A DNA stretch of 64,000 bases from positions 14,397 to 78,396 of the forward strand of contig CAPXSA010000028.1 of assembly GCA_948735595.1 (NCBI GenBank), read 5' to 3'. The stretch comes from an uncultured Clostridia bacterium. GTDB taxonomy: Bacteria; Bacillota; Clostridia; TANB77; CAG-508. Shown here one piece after another: positions 36,107 to 45,248 of the stretch (the first letter of the stretch is position 1; each line of letters opens with the position of its first letter). Position numbers and translations under genes: made by a program. The notes under the pieces are model-generated. The model worked only from the letters and a program-made list of their open reading frames with translations. It searched no databases and was not told the origin of the DNA.

Positions 36107-36991
36107 ATGGAAGAAACATCTTCTTTAACAAATTCTATTATTCAAACTATTAACTCTATCTTTCAAACCCTCTTTTCATCTATTGATAATAGCATTTATG
36201 AAGTATTAGACGAATTGGTTTTTATTGATAGTAATATTCTAAATCATTCTATTTTTGAGAAAATATTTGGAACTAGTACATCTAATGGACTATTAGTTAT
36301 CGCTAACTCTCTTTTAATTGGCTTTGCACTTTATTACGGTATTCGTTTACTATATTCTTATTATATGAATTTGCAAATTGAAAGGCCCTATCAGTTTATA
36401 TTTAAACTATTAATCTTTGGCATTGTCATGAATTGTTCTTTTTCCATCTGCCAACAATTTTTGGAGTTAAATAGCTTTATTTCTCAAGCGATTCAAAATT
36501 TAGGTGTAAATCTATTTGGTCACCATATCTCTTTTTCTGAATTAGTCCACCAACTAAATAATATTATTTCATTTGAAGGAACTGAATTTAATATTTTCTC
36601 TTTTGATGGACTCATGAAAAGCTTTATTTCATTTGGCCTATTCAATTTAATCTTTTCATATTCTTTAAGATTTGTACTTGCAAAATTGTTCGTTTTACTG
36701 ACGCCCTTTGCTATATTAAGTTTAATCAATCAATCTACTTCTTGGTTTTTTAAAACTTGGCTTCGAACTATTCTTTCTTTGTTATTACAGCAAAGTTTAG
36801 TGTCTATTATTTTATTATTAGTTTTCTCTGCTAATTTATCTGCTACTGACATTTTCTCTAAATTATTATGTGTTGGTGGAATGTATGCTTTAATTCGTGC
36901 TAACTCTTATATGAGAACTCTAATCGGAGGAATTTCAACTGATGTTTCCAATAACTTAAATATTGAAACTCATTTATTAAAAAATAAGTAA
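36107..36991 (+). CDS. VirB6/TrbL-like polytopic T4SS membrane protein
   Basis: GGAGG RBS. It has 5-6 TM segments and sits directly after the pilin-like gene. Confidence 0.6.
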   Translation: MEETSSLTNSIIQTINSIFQTLFSSIDNSIYEVLDELVFIDSNILNHSIFEKIFGTSTSNGLLVIANSLLIGFALYYGIRLLYSYYMNLQIERPYQFIFKLLIFGIVMNCSFSICQQFLELNSFISQAIQNLGVNLFGHHISFSELVHQLNNIISFEGTEFNIFSFDGLMKSFISFGLFNLIFSYSLRFVLAKLFVLLTPFAILSLINQSTSWFFKTWLRTILSLLLQQSLVSIILLLVFSANLSATDIFSKLLCVGGMYALIRANSYMRTLIGGISTDVSNNLNIETHLLKNK

Positions 36992-37059
36992 GATAAAAAC
37001 TACCTTTTAGAACGAACTAATTTTTAATTAAATACATTTACTTTTCGAAAGGAGAAAAA

Positions 37060-37356
37060 ATGAAATTTATTTTTCCACAAAATTATAACTTTAAAAATAA
37101 ATTTTTAGGTGTCGTAGAATATTCTACTTTATTATTTAATATTATTTGGGATTTATTTATCTTTTCATTTGTTAATTTGCTTTTTCAAAATGCAACCATT
37201 AAAATATTTATTTTTATTATTTTTTGCTTACCAATATTTTTATTTAGTATAGTTGGTTTTAATCATGAAAATATTATTTATATTTTTATTTATTTAATTA
37301 AATATTTAAAAAGTACGAAATTATATTTTTATCATAAAAATCCGCATCTCTTTTAG
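37060..37356 (+). CDS. Small two-TM T4SS protein (PrgI/TcpE/VirB3-like)
   Basis: AGGAGA RBS. It is 98 aa with two long hydrophobic helices. In Gram-positive T4SS loci such a gene normally sits just before the VirB4 ATPase gene. Confidence 0.55.
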   Translation: MKFIFPQNYNFKNKFLGVVEYSTLLFNIIWDLFIFSFVNLLFQNATIKIFIFIIFCLPIFLFSIVGFNHENIIYIFIYLIKYLKSTKLYFYHKNPHLF

Positions 37357-37539
37357 GAATATTTTTAATTACTTTTCCCTTGTTTTTTGTAGTAATTTTT
37401 CTACTCTTTTTATATAACAATTTGTCCAAAAGATAACAATAACCCATCTTTATTTTCTTACGAGTTGTTGTTGTCTTTTTGTTAAGCATACTCGTTTTTA
37501 CTTCTTCTTCATGTTCATGAACATCTAATTTGTGTTTTG

Positions 37540-39400
37540 TAAGTCTTTTTCACCTTCTCCTCTTTCTTGCTTTATGTATACTAAATCACATCTTTCTATT
37601 TTGATATTCTGTTGCTCTACTTCCCTTTATTCCGAAGTACTCTCTTCTATTCTCTCTACTCCTTTATTATAGGATTGGCTATCTATCTTCATCGTTTTGA
37701 AGTAGAATCATTCGTCTACTTCAAAGTAGCTTTCAAGTTATTCCTTGTTTTACTTTAATTTCCCCTATACTTTATGACAATTTTTATTTGAATTCTTGCC
37801 ATATAATTTTATCTCATTTCCTAATTCTTTTTTAGGCACTTCCCTCTCTTAATTTTCTCTTCTTTTCTCCTTTTATTTCTTCTCATTTTCCGGAGTTTTA
37901 TTATCTAGTAATTCGCAAAAAATTTTAATACTCTTTTTTTATTCTTTTTTTATTTCTTTTTCTACTTTACTAAAATTTATAATTAGATTTTATCTTTTTT
38001 ATTCTAATATTTAATTACTTTTTATTTCCCTTTTACTTCTTTTTTATTTTTATTTTCTCTCTCTCTTTTATAAAAAAATTTTAATGTCTTTTTTATTTCT
38101 TTTTTAAAATTTAATTTTTATTTTTCTCTTTTTCTATTTTTGATTTTCGAATTTCTATTTTCAAATTTTTGCTTTTTCACTTTTTTAGATTCTTTATTTT
38201 TGAATTTTACTTTTTTAATTTTTTATTTTTTCAAGTTTTTTATTTTATATTTTCTATTTGTTTTATTTTGTCAAAAAGACTACGATGTATTTTTACTTTT
38301 TATTCCTGTTTTTAATTTTATTATTATTTTTTTCTTCTTCTTCTTTCTTTTTATTTTAGTCTATTCCATTTTTCCTTTTTGCTCTTCTGTTTTTATCACT
38401 TTGTTTTTTCATTAAATTATTTTTTTCATTTCCACTTTATTTTTTTATTCTATTATTTTACTTCTATTAAACTCTTTTATTTTCTATTTGCATTTTATAT
38501 TATTACATTATGATACTTTCTTATATTATTCCTTTATCAAATTTTTCTCTATTCTATATCTGTCTTCTAAATTTATTTTGCAAAGTAACTTATTCAAATT
38601 TTTGTTTTATTACTTTCTCTTCCGTATGTTTGTCTTTTTGTAATCTTTATTCTATTTCTTACTTTTTCTTTGCCTTTCCCATCTTTTCTTGTTTTCAACT
38701 ACATTTTTCCTTTTTTGTTTCTTTTGGCTTTATGTTACCTTTTGTAATATCATTTTTCTTTTTTCAAAATTTCAACCTTTCCCTTTATTCCGAAGCATTT
38801 TTTCCTTTTGCTATTCTACTCTTTTGTCCTACTTTTTGTCTCATTCCTTCTGATCTTTCTTCTTTTCCTTATCAATTTTGTTACTCTTCCATGAGTTTCT
38901 TCACTTAACCACTCATACTTTTTGTCAATTTTATTTTTATCTTTTGACTCTTTCTTTTTCTCTATTCTTATTCACCTTTTCTCTTTATTTTCTTATGTAA
39001 ACATATCTTTTTTTTCACATTTTCTTTCTTTCCATCTGCTACTTTTTATCTTTATTTTAATTCCGAATTTATATTTTCATTATCTACCTTTACTATTTTC
39101 CTCTTTTATATTTTTCTATTACTTTTTTATCATTTTATTTTATAGCAATTATTCTTCCTATTTTTATTTTCTCTTTCTTTTTTCTCTATTTTATTTCTTT
39201 AGATTTCATTTTTAACTTTATTATTTTTTCTATTTTTTATTTTGATTTTTATACTATATTTTTTTCAACTCCAGAAATCTATTTTGAAGTTTTTTGCCTT
39301 TGTGTCAATTTCTGTTTCGCGATTATTTTTTATTTATTCTTATTATTTTTCTTTTATCATTTTATATTGTACTTTTTATATTTTCACTTTGTTATTTTAT
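37540..39400. other. Non-coding tract of about 1.9 kb with extreme strand asymmetry: + strand T/C-rich and almost G-free
   Basis: I count 2 G in 37921-38140 (220 nt) and 6 G in 38941-39240 (300 nt). The only long ORFs are F/L/S/I-rich + strand artefacts without an RBS. On the - strand there is no ORF of 60 aa or more. Confidence 0.8.
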
Positions 39401-39521
39401 TTTTTACTATAATTTATATTGATTTATAATTTATGACTTTTAATCATTCTATAATTTATAATATTAGATTACATGAGTCTTCAAATTATTCATTACATTT
39501 ATAGTTTTCTCCTCTAGTTTA

Positions 39522-39550
39522 TTGTAAAATCTTCAAGAAAATGATATAAT
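39522..39550 (+). promoter_or_regulatory. Promoter of the dnaD/dnaI-like pair
   Basis: TTGTAA (39522-39527), 17 nt spacer, TATAAT (39545-39550). Confidence 0.6.
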
Positions 39551-39581
39551 CTGACAAAACATACTAATTGGAGGAATACCT

Positions 39582-40556
39582 ATGAAGCTAGAACAAAATG
39601 AGACTTTGCCTATTTTTTCAAATACTACTTTACCTGATATATTCTTTACAGAATATTTACCTGAGGCAAATGGTGATTATATTAAAATCTATTTATATAT
39701 TTTGTTTCTATCGAAATACGACAAAGATATTAAAGTAAACGACTTAAGCAAAAAATTAGGTCTTCCTTTAAAAGTCATTCAAGATGGTATGAAATATTGG
39801 GAAGATCAAGGTGTGCTTATTAGAAAAAACACAGGCTATATGATTACTAATTTACAAGAAAAAGAATTACATCAACTATATAAACCTAAAGTTGCTTTAT
39901 CAGCAGATCAAATTCAAAAATCTGCTGAAAGTCAAAAGAAAGCAAAAACAATTGAATATATTAACAACCGATACTTTTCTGGCCTTATGCCAACTACTTG
40001 GTACCCTGATATTGAACTTTGGTTCCAAAAATATCATTTTGAAGATGAAGTTATGATTTCATTATTTGATTATTGTTTTAATAAATCTGCTCTTCACAAA
40101 AACTATGTACAAGCCGTTGCTGATGCTTGGTTTAAAAATAAAATTCAAACCTTTAACGATTTGGATCAATATTATGAAAAACAGGAAAAGTTAAATAAAT
40201 TAGCAAGTTTAGTTTCTAAAAAGTTAGGCTTAGCTAGGCAATTATCCCAATACGAATATGCTTATTTAGAAAAATGGGTTATTGATTTTGGCTTTTCTTT
40301 TGATATTATTGAAATTGCGTTAAAAAGAACCACTTCTAAAGTAAACCCAAGCTTTGACTATATTGATAAGTTACTTTCTGATTGGCATGATAGAGGCTTT
40401 ACATCAGCTGAGCAAGTCAATAAATTTTTAACTGATATGAAGCAAAAGAACAAAGATATTAAACAATTAGAAAAGAAGACTGGTTTCCAAAAATATGAAC
40501 AGAGATCTTACGATAACTTAAATGCTTTGTATGCTAATAAAAAAGCAGAGGTTTAA
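39582..40556 (+). CDS. DnaD-domain replication protein (DnaB/DnaD-like helicase-loading factor)
   Basis: GGAGGA RBS. YLPEANGDYIKIYLYILFLSK and the C-terminal DnaD-like repeat (YLEKWVIDFGFSFDIIEIALKR...LLSDWHDRGF). Confidence 0.75.
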   Translation: MKLEQNETLPIFSNTTLPDIFFTEYLPEANGDYIKIYLYILFLSKYDKDIKVNDLSKKLGLPLKVIQDGMKYWEDQGVLIRKNTGYMITNLQEKELHQLYKPKVALSADQIQKSAESQKKAKTIEYINNRYFSGLMPTTWYPDIELWFQKYHFEDEVMISLFDYCFNKSALHKNYVQAVADAWFKNKIQTFNDLDQYYEKQEKLNKLASLVSKKLGLARQLSQYEYAYLEKWVIDFGFSFDIIEIALKRTTSKVNPSFDYIDKLLSDWHDRGFTSAEQVNKFLTDMKQKNKDIKQLEKKTGFQKYEQRSYDNLNALYANKKAEV

Positions 40557-40575
40557 AATGGTATAGGAGGTTATT

Positions 40576-41574
40576 TTGAATAATACTACTTTGAAATCTT
40601 TATTAATTGAATATGATAAAAAAAGAAGAGTTGCTCAGGAAATAGCGGAAAAAGAAAAAGAAAAGTTGTACCAAGAGGTTGATGAATTACAGAAAATAGA
40701 GCAAGAAATTAATAAAACAGCTTTACTGAATATAAAACGAATTGCAGAAAGCGCTGATACTCATTTAATAGAGCAACTTCATCAAGATATAGAAACATTA
40801 AAGAAGAAAAAAGAAAAAACCTTAAAGTCTCTTGGTAAAAGAGCTGAAAATGCACTTCCTCATTATGAGTGTTCAAAATGTGAAGATACAGGATATATTA
40901 CACGAGATAATCAAACACAAATGTGTAATTGCTTAAAACAAAAAATTTATGATATAGAATACAACAAGTCTAATATCTATGCTTTAGAAAAACAAAATTT
41001 TAACAGCTTTAATATTAATTTCTATTCTAATGATATCAATCCAGAGAAATATCAGTCAGATATTTCTCCTCGAGAAAATATTGAATTAATTTTAAAAATT
41101 TGTCAAAACTTTGTAAAAAACTTTGATAATGTAGAAGAAAAGAATTTATTATTTACTGGAAAAACTGGACTTGGAAAAACATTTCTTTCTAGTTCAATTG
41201 CAAATGAACTCTTAAAACAAGGAAAAACAGTTTTATATCAAACTGCATCTGTTATGTTAGATACTATTATTGATTATCGTTTTGGAAAAGTTAATAGTTC
41301 TAAAGATATCTATGACCATTTATTAAATGTAGATTTACTAATTATTGATGATTTGGGAACAGAAGGTACTAACCAAATGAAATTGGTAGAACTATTTAAT
41401 ATTATTAATTCTAGATTATTAACCTCTAAAAAAGTGACTAAAACAATCATCTCTACGAACTTAAGCTTACAAACTTTATTTGAGAACTATGATGAGAGAA
41501 TTGTTTCAAGATTAGTTGGAAATTATGATATTTGTTATTTTTTCGGTGAAGATATACGATTTATGAAAAAGTAG
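40576..41574 (+). CDS. DnaC/DnaI-like helicase loader ATPase (IstB-like AAA+) with an N-terminal zinc-binding module
   Basis: TTG start after AGGAGG. CSKCEDTGY...CNC. Walker A GKTGLGKTFL. Walker B LLIIDDLG. Confidence 0.8.
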   Translation: MNNTTLKSLLIEYDKKRRVAQEIAEKEKEKLYQEVDELQKIEQEINKTALLNIKRIAESADTHLIEQLHQDIETLKKKKEKTLKSLGKRAENALPHYECSKCEDTGYITRDNQTQMCNCLKQKIYDIEYNKSNIYALEKQNFNSFNINFYSNDINPEKYQSDISPRENIELILKICQNFVKNFDNVEEKNLLFTGKTGLGKTFLSSSIANELLKQGKTVLYQTASVMLDTIIDYRFGKVNSSKDIYDHLLNVDLLIIDDLGTEGTNQMKLVELFNIINSRLLTSKKVTKTIISTNLSLQTLFENYDERIVSRLVGNYDICYFFGEDIRFMKK

Positions 41575-41599
41575 ATAAATACCAAAACTCAATAAAAAC

Positions 41600-41637
41600 C
41601 ATAAAACTTCCCTCAAAAATTTGACGGAAGTTTTATG
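41600..41637. terminator. Bidirectional terminator between the dnaI-like gene and gyrA
   Basis: 12 bp stem CATAAAACTTCC/GGAAGTTTTATG. Confidence 0.75.
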
Positions 41638-41663
41638 ATCTTTATATTTATTAAATCTTTTTG

Positions 41664-44135
41664 TTATTCCTGTATTTGCTCTGAAATGTCATTTTCTTCT
41701 GGATTAATGGTTTCAATACTAACAACTCTTCCTTCATTTGTTCTCATTAAAGTAACCCCCTGTGTTGCTCTTCCTAAGATGCTAATATCTTTTACACGTA
41801 GCCTAATAATGGTTCCATTTTCAGTAATAAGCATAACATCTTCATTGTCAGTTGCTACACGAATACCTACGATATTTCCTGTTTTTGGTGTGATCTTGTA
41901 TGTCATTACACCTTTTCCACCTCTAGTTTGTACTCTGTATTCTTCTAATTCAGTTCTCTTGCCAAATCCATTTTCAGTAATAGCAAGTAATGTAGCATTT
42001 GTATTTCCTTCAATAATAGATTCCATTCCAATCACGAAATCATCATCATTTAAGCGTATTCCAATAACACCTTGTGCTGTTCTTCCCATTGGTCTTACAT
42101 CTTTTTCACTAAAAGTAATACAAATTCCTTGACTTGTTACTAAAACAACATTGTCTTGTCCATCTGTTAAACGAACATCGATTAATTCGTCATCTTCTCT
42201 TAAAGTGATAGATAAAAGTCCAGTTTTTCTACTAGAGTCATATTCATTTAATGGTGTCTTTTTAATAAAGCCTTGTTTTGTTCCCATTAACAAATATTTT
42301 CCATCTGCAAAATTAGAAATTGGAATTACCGCTGAAATTTTCTCTCCTGCGTCAAGTCTTAATAAATTAACAATTGCAGTACCTTTTGCTGTTCTTCCTG
42401 CTTCTGGAATTTCATAACCTCTTAAACGATATAGTTTTCCTTTATTACTAAAGAATAGTAGTGTATCATGAGTAGATGCTGTAAAGATTTGCTTTACAAA
42501 GTCATTTTCTCTTGTTGCTAGTCCTGTAATTCCTTTTCCTCCACGGTTTTGGCTCTTATAAGTATCTACTGGCATTCTTTTTACATATCCAAAATGTGTT
42601 AAAGTAATAACAGTCTGCTCTTCTTTTACTAAATCTTCAATATCGATTTCGCCTTCTGCTGCAACAATTTTTGTTTTTCTTTCATTTCCATATTTTTGTC
42701 TAATTTCAAGTAGTTCTTCCTTGATAACATCATAAAGTAACTTCTCACTAGATAAGATCTCTCTTAAATGTGCAATCAATTTCATTAATTCGTTATATTC
42801 TTCATCAATTTTTTCTCTTTGTAAGCCTGATAATGTTTTTAATCTCATATCTAGAATAGACTGTGCTTGAATGTCAGAAAGTTTAAATCTTTCCATTAAT
42901 CTTTCTTTCGCATCATCATATGAATTACGGATAATTTCAATTACTTCATCAATATTGTCTAATGCAATTTTTAATCCTTCTAAAATATGTGCTCTAGCTA
43001 ATGCTTTATCTAATTCAAATTGAGTTCTACGAAGGATAACCGTTTTTCTGTGATCAATATAGTGGTCTAAACACTGTCTCAATGTTAAAATCTTTGGTTC
43101 TCCATTTACTAAAGCAAGTGTGATAATTCCAAAAGTATCTTGTAATTGTGTATGCTTATATAGTTGATTTAAAATAACTTGTGCATTCACATCTCTTTTT
43201 AATTCAATTACAATTCTTACTTTTGACTCTCTATCTGACTCATCTCTAATTTCAGAAATACCTTCTATCCTTTTTTCTTTTGCCAAGTTAGCCATATTCT
43301 CAATTAATTTTGCTTTATTTACTTGGTATGGAAGAGAATTTACAATAATTCTTTGTTTATTATTGCTCATTTCTTCAATTTCACATTCGCCGCGAACTGT
43401 AATCTTTCCTCTTCCTGTTGTATAAGCTTGTCTTATTCCTTCTAAACCTAAGATAATGCCTTCTGTTGGAAAGTCTGGTCCTTTGATTACTTCCATTAAT
43501 TGTTCATCTGTTACATCATCTTCGTCAATAATTTTAATAATTCCATCAATGACCTCTGTTAAGTTATGTGGTGGAATATTTGTTGCCATTCCTACTGCAA
43601 TTCCTGAAGAACCATTAATTAATAAAGTAGGTATTTTAGAAGGAAGTACTGTTGGCTCTTGTAAACGATCATCATAGTTTGGCATAAAATCTACTGTATT
43701 TTTCTCAATATCAGTAAGCATGGTTTCTGCAATTTTTGCCATTCTCGCTTCTGTGTACCTCATAGCTGCTGCTGGGTCACCATCAATAGAACCAAAGTTA
43801 CCATGTCCATCAATTAAAGGATATCTTTGAGTAAAGTCTTGTGCTAATCTAACCATTGCATCATATACTGAAGCATCTCCGTGTGGGTGATATCTACCCA
43901 AAACAGAACCTACTGTGTTAGCACATTTTCTATATGGCTTGTCAGAGGTAATTCCATCTTCATACATAGCATATAAAATTCTTCTATGTACTGGTTTTAA
44001 ACCATCTCTTACATCTGGAAGCGCTCTTGCTACAATAACGCTCATAGCATAATCAATATAGGCTGTGCGCATTTCTTTTTCAATGTCACGCTCTATAATT
44101 TTTCCGTCGTTTCTTTTTTCGTTATTTTCGTCCAT
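41664..44135 (-). CDS. gyrA: DNA gyrase subunit A
   Basis: 823 aa. YAMSVIVARALPDVRDGLKPVHRR, AAMRYTEARM with the catalytic Tyr region, and C-terminal beta-pinwheel repeats. Confidence 0.95.
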   Translation of the reverse strand: MDENNEKRNDGKIIERDIEKEMRTAYIDYAMSVIVARALPDVRDGLKPVHRRILYAMYEDGITSDKPYRKCANTVGSVLGRYHPHGDASVYDAMVRLAQDFTQRYPLIDGHGNFGSIDGDPAAAMRYTEARMAKIAETMLTDIEKNTVDFMPNYDDRLQEPTVLPSKIPTLLINGSSGIAVGMATNIPPHNLTEVIDGIIKIIDEDDVTDEQLMEVIKGPDFPTEGIILGLEGIRQAYTTGRGKITVRGECEIEEMSNNKQRIIVNSLPYQVNKAKLIENMANLAKEKRIEGISEIRDESDRESKVRIVIELKRDVNAQVILNQLYKHTQLQDTFGIITLALVNGEPKILTLRQCLDHYIDHRKTVILRRTQFELDKALARAHILEGLKIALDNIDEVIEIIRNSYDDAKERLMERFKLSDIQAQSILDMRLKTLSGLQREKIDEEYNELMKLIAHLREILSSEKLLYDVIKEELLEIRQKYGNERKTKIVAAEGEIDIEDLVKEEQTVITLTHFGYVKRMPVDTYKSQNRGGKGITGLATRENDFVKQIFTASTHDTLLFFSNKGKLYRLRGYEIPEAGRTAKGTAIVNLLRLDAGEKISAVIPISNFADGKYLLMGTKQGFIKKTPLNEYDSSRKTGLLSITLREDDELIDVRLTDGQDNVVLVTSQGICITFSEKDVRPMGRTAQGVIGIRLNDDDFVIGMESIIEGNTNATLLAITENGFGKRTELEEYRVQTRGGKGVMTYKITPKTGNIVGIRVATDNEDVMLITENGTIIRLRVKDISILGRATQGVTLMRTNEGRVVSIETINPEENDISEQIQE

Positions 44136-44504
44136 TGTTCTTGTCCTTTCTTCTTAGGAATTTTCTGCTGTGAATGCATTATTTTTCCTATTTTTATTCC
44201 ATTTGTATTATACTAAACTAGCAAAAAATATGCAAGCAAAAAACAAGAAAAAAAGCAAGAAAAATCAAGTATTTTCCCTACTTTTTTATTTTGAATTGAA
44301 AACTTATTTTGGATATTTCTATCTCTTAAATGATACTTCAAATATGAAGTATAAACATCTAAATGATGTTATAAATCACATTATTTATATTAGATATAAG
44401 TTTTTAAGTGATAGAAAATATCAATCATAAGCACCTAAAATGAAACGGAATATTTCATTAGAATAAAAATTTATATTTAAATTAAAATAATTTAAATAAC
44501 ACTA

Positions 44505-45248
44505 TTATTTCGTTAATATACCTGCCAGTTCCAATTGTTCTTGTGATAAATTAAAATCTTGTCCATTATTTTTTATGAGCAAGTGTAAATTTTCTATCTG
44601 TTTTGCCTGTTTTATGGTTTGTTCTATTGGTAGTACCTCTTTTAATCTATCTTTTATTTTCTGATACTCTCTTTCCATTCCTTCAAAGTTTTGGGCTTGA
44701 AAATAATTTCTCCAATTATTTTCATACTTTCCTAACTTCTCAATGCTGTTCAACTGGCTAACAAATTCAGTCTCTATATGATTACTTACATTGTCTAAAA
44801 TAACATTCTTTCCTTGTCTAATCATACTAGTAACTTCTCTTGGTATCCAACCTTGCTTACTGGTAAAAGAAAGCGCTGTGTCTAAAGCATCAGATATACC
44901 ATCAATAATTCCTCCATTTTTCACTGCATTTTGGGCTTGTGAAACATTTTCAAATTTTCCTGTAAAAATCCCAGTTACACTCTTACCAAGCTCTACTGCG
45001 CTGTCAATTGCTTTGTCAATGCCTTCTTTTAATCCACCTTTAATTAAGCTATTTTTTACATCAATTACTTGGTTTTCTACGAAATCTGGTAATACCCATC
45101 GAAGGCCTAAGTCGACTGCAGTATTAACTACCTTTCCTAATGTTGTATCTAAAAAGTTCTTTTGCTCATTGGCTGTTACCAGTTCCTGCCTATCTTCATT
45201 TCTACTTTGTTCTAACATATTATTTTTATCCGCTAAGATTTCTTCCAT
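44505..45248 (-). CDS. Hypothetical protein (247 aa), overlapping the upstream ATPase gene by 16 nt
   Basis: Helical, with repeated G-x-x-D-x-A-x-D motifs. No family recognised. Confidence 0.6.
   Translation of the reverse strand: MEEILADKNNMLEQSRNEDRQELVTANEQKNFLDTTLGKVVNTAVDLGLRWVLPDFVENQVIDVKNSLIKGGLKEGIDKAIDSAVELGKSVTGIFTGKFENVSQAQNAVKNGGIIDGISDALDTALSFTSKQGWIPREVTSMIRQGKNVILDNVSNHIETEFVSQLNSIEKLGKYENNWRNYFQAQNFEGMEREYQKIKDRLKEVLPIEQTIKQAKQIENLHLLIKNNGQDFNLSQEQLELAGILTK

Noticed and set aside
37298-37489. A 63-aa basic ORF on the - strand that overlaps the 3' end of the VirB3-like gene.
   Set aside because: It has no convincing SD, a low-complexity K/T-rich sequence, and overlaps a better-supported gene. 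I kept it only as context for the palindrome finding.
37511-37524. ATGTTCATGAACAT (and its copy at 49065) as a LexA/Cheo SOS box.
   Set aside because: The Firmicute SOS box is GAAC-N4-GTTC. Here the half-sites are in the opposite order (GTTC-AT-GAAC), so it does not match.
38140-39215. Three + strand ORFs (91, 132 and 97 aa) made almost only of F, L, S, I, Y and C.
   Set aside because: They have no RBS and extreme low complexity. They are the expected artefact of translating a T/C-rich, G-free tract, where stop codons are rare. Equivalent artefacts appear antisense to the K/E-rich part of the vanW-like gene.
37540-39400. A CRISPR array or tandem repeat array in the T-rich tract.
   Set aside because: There is no regularly spaced repeat of constant length. 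Only scattered partial repeats occur at irregular distances. No cas genes are in the window.
44170-44430. An 86-aa + strand ORF upstream of gyrA.
   Set aside because: It lies in the gyrA promoter/leader region, has no RBS, and is K/N/Y-rich low-complexity sequence.
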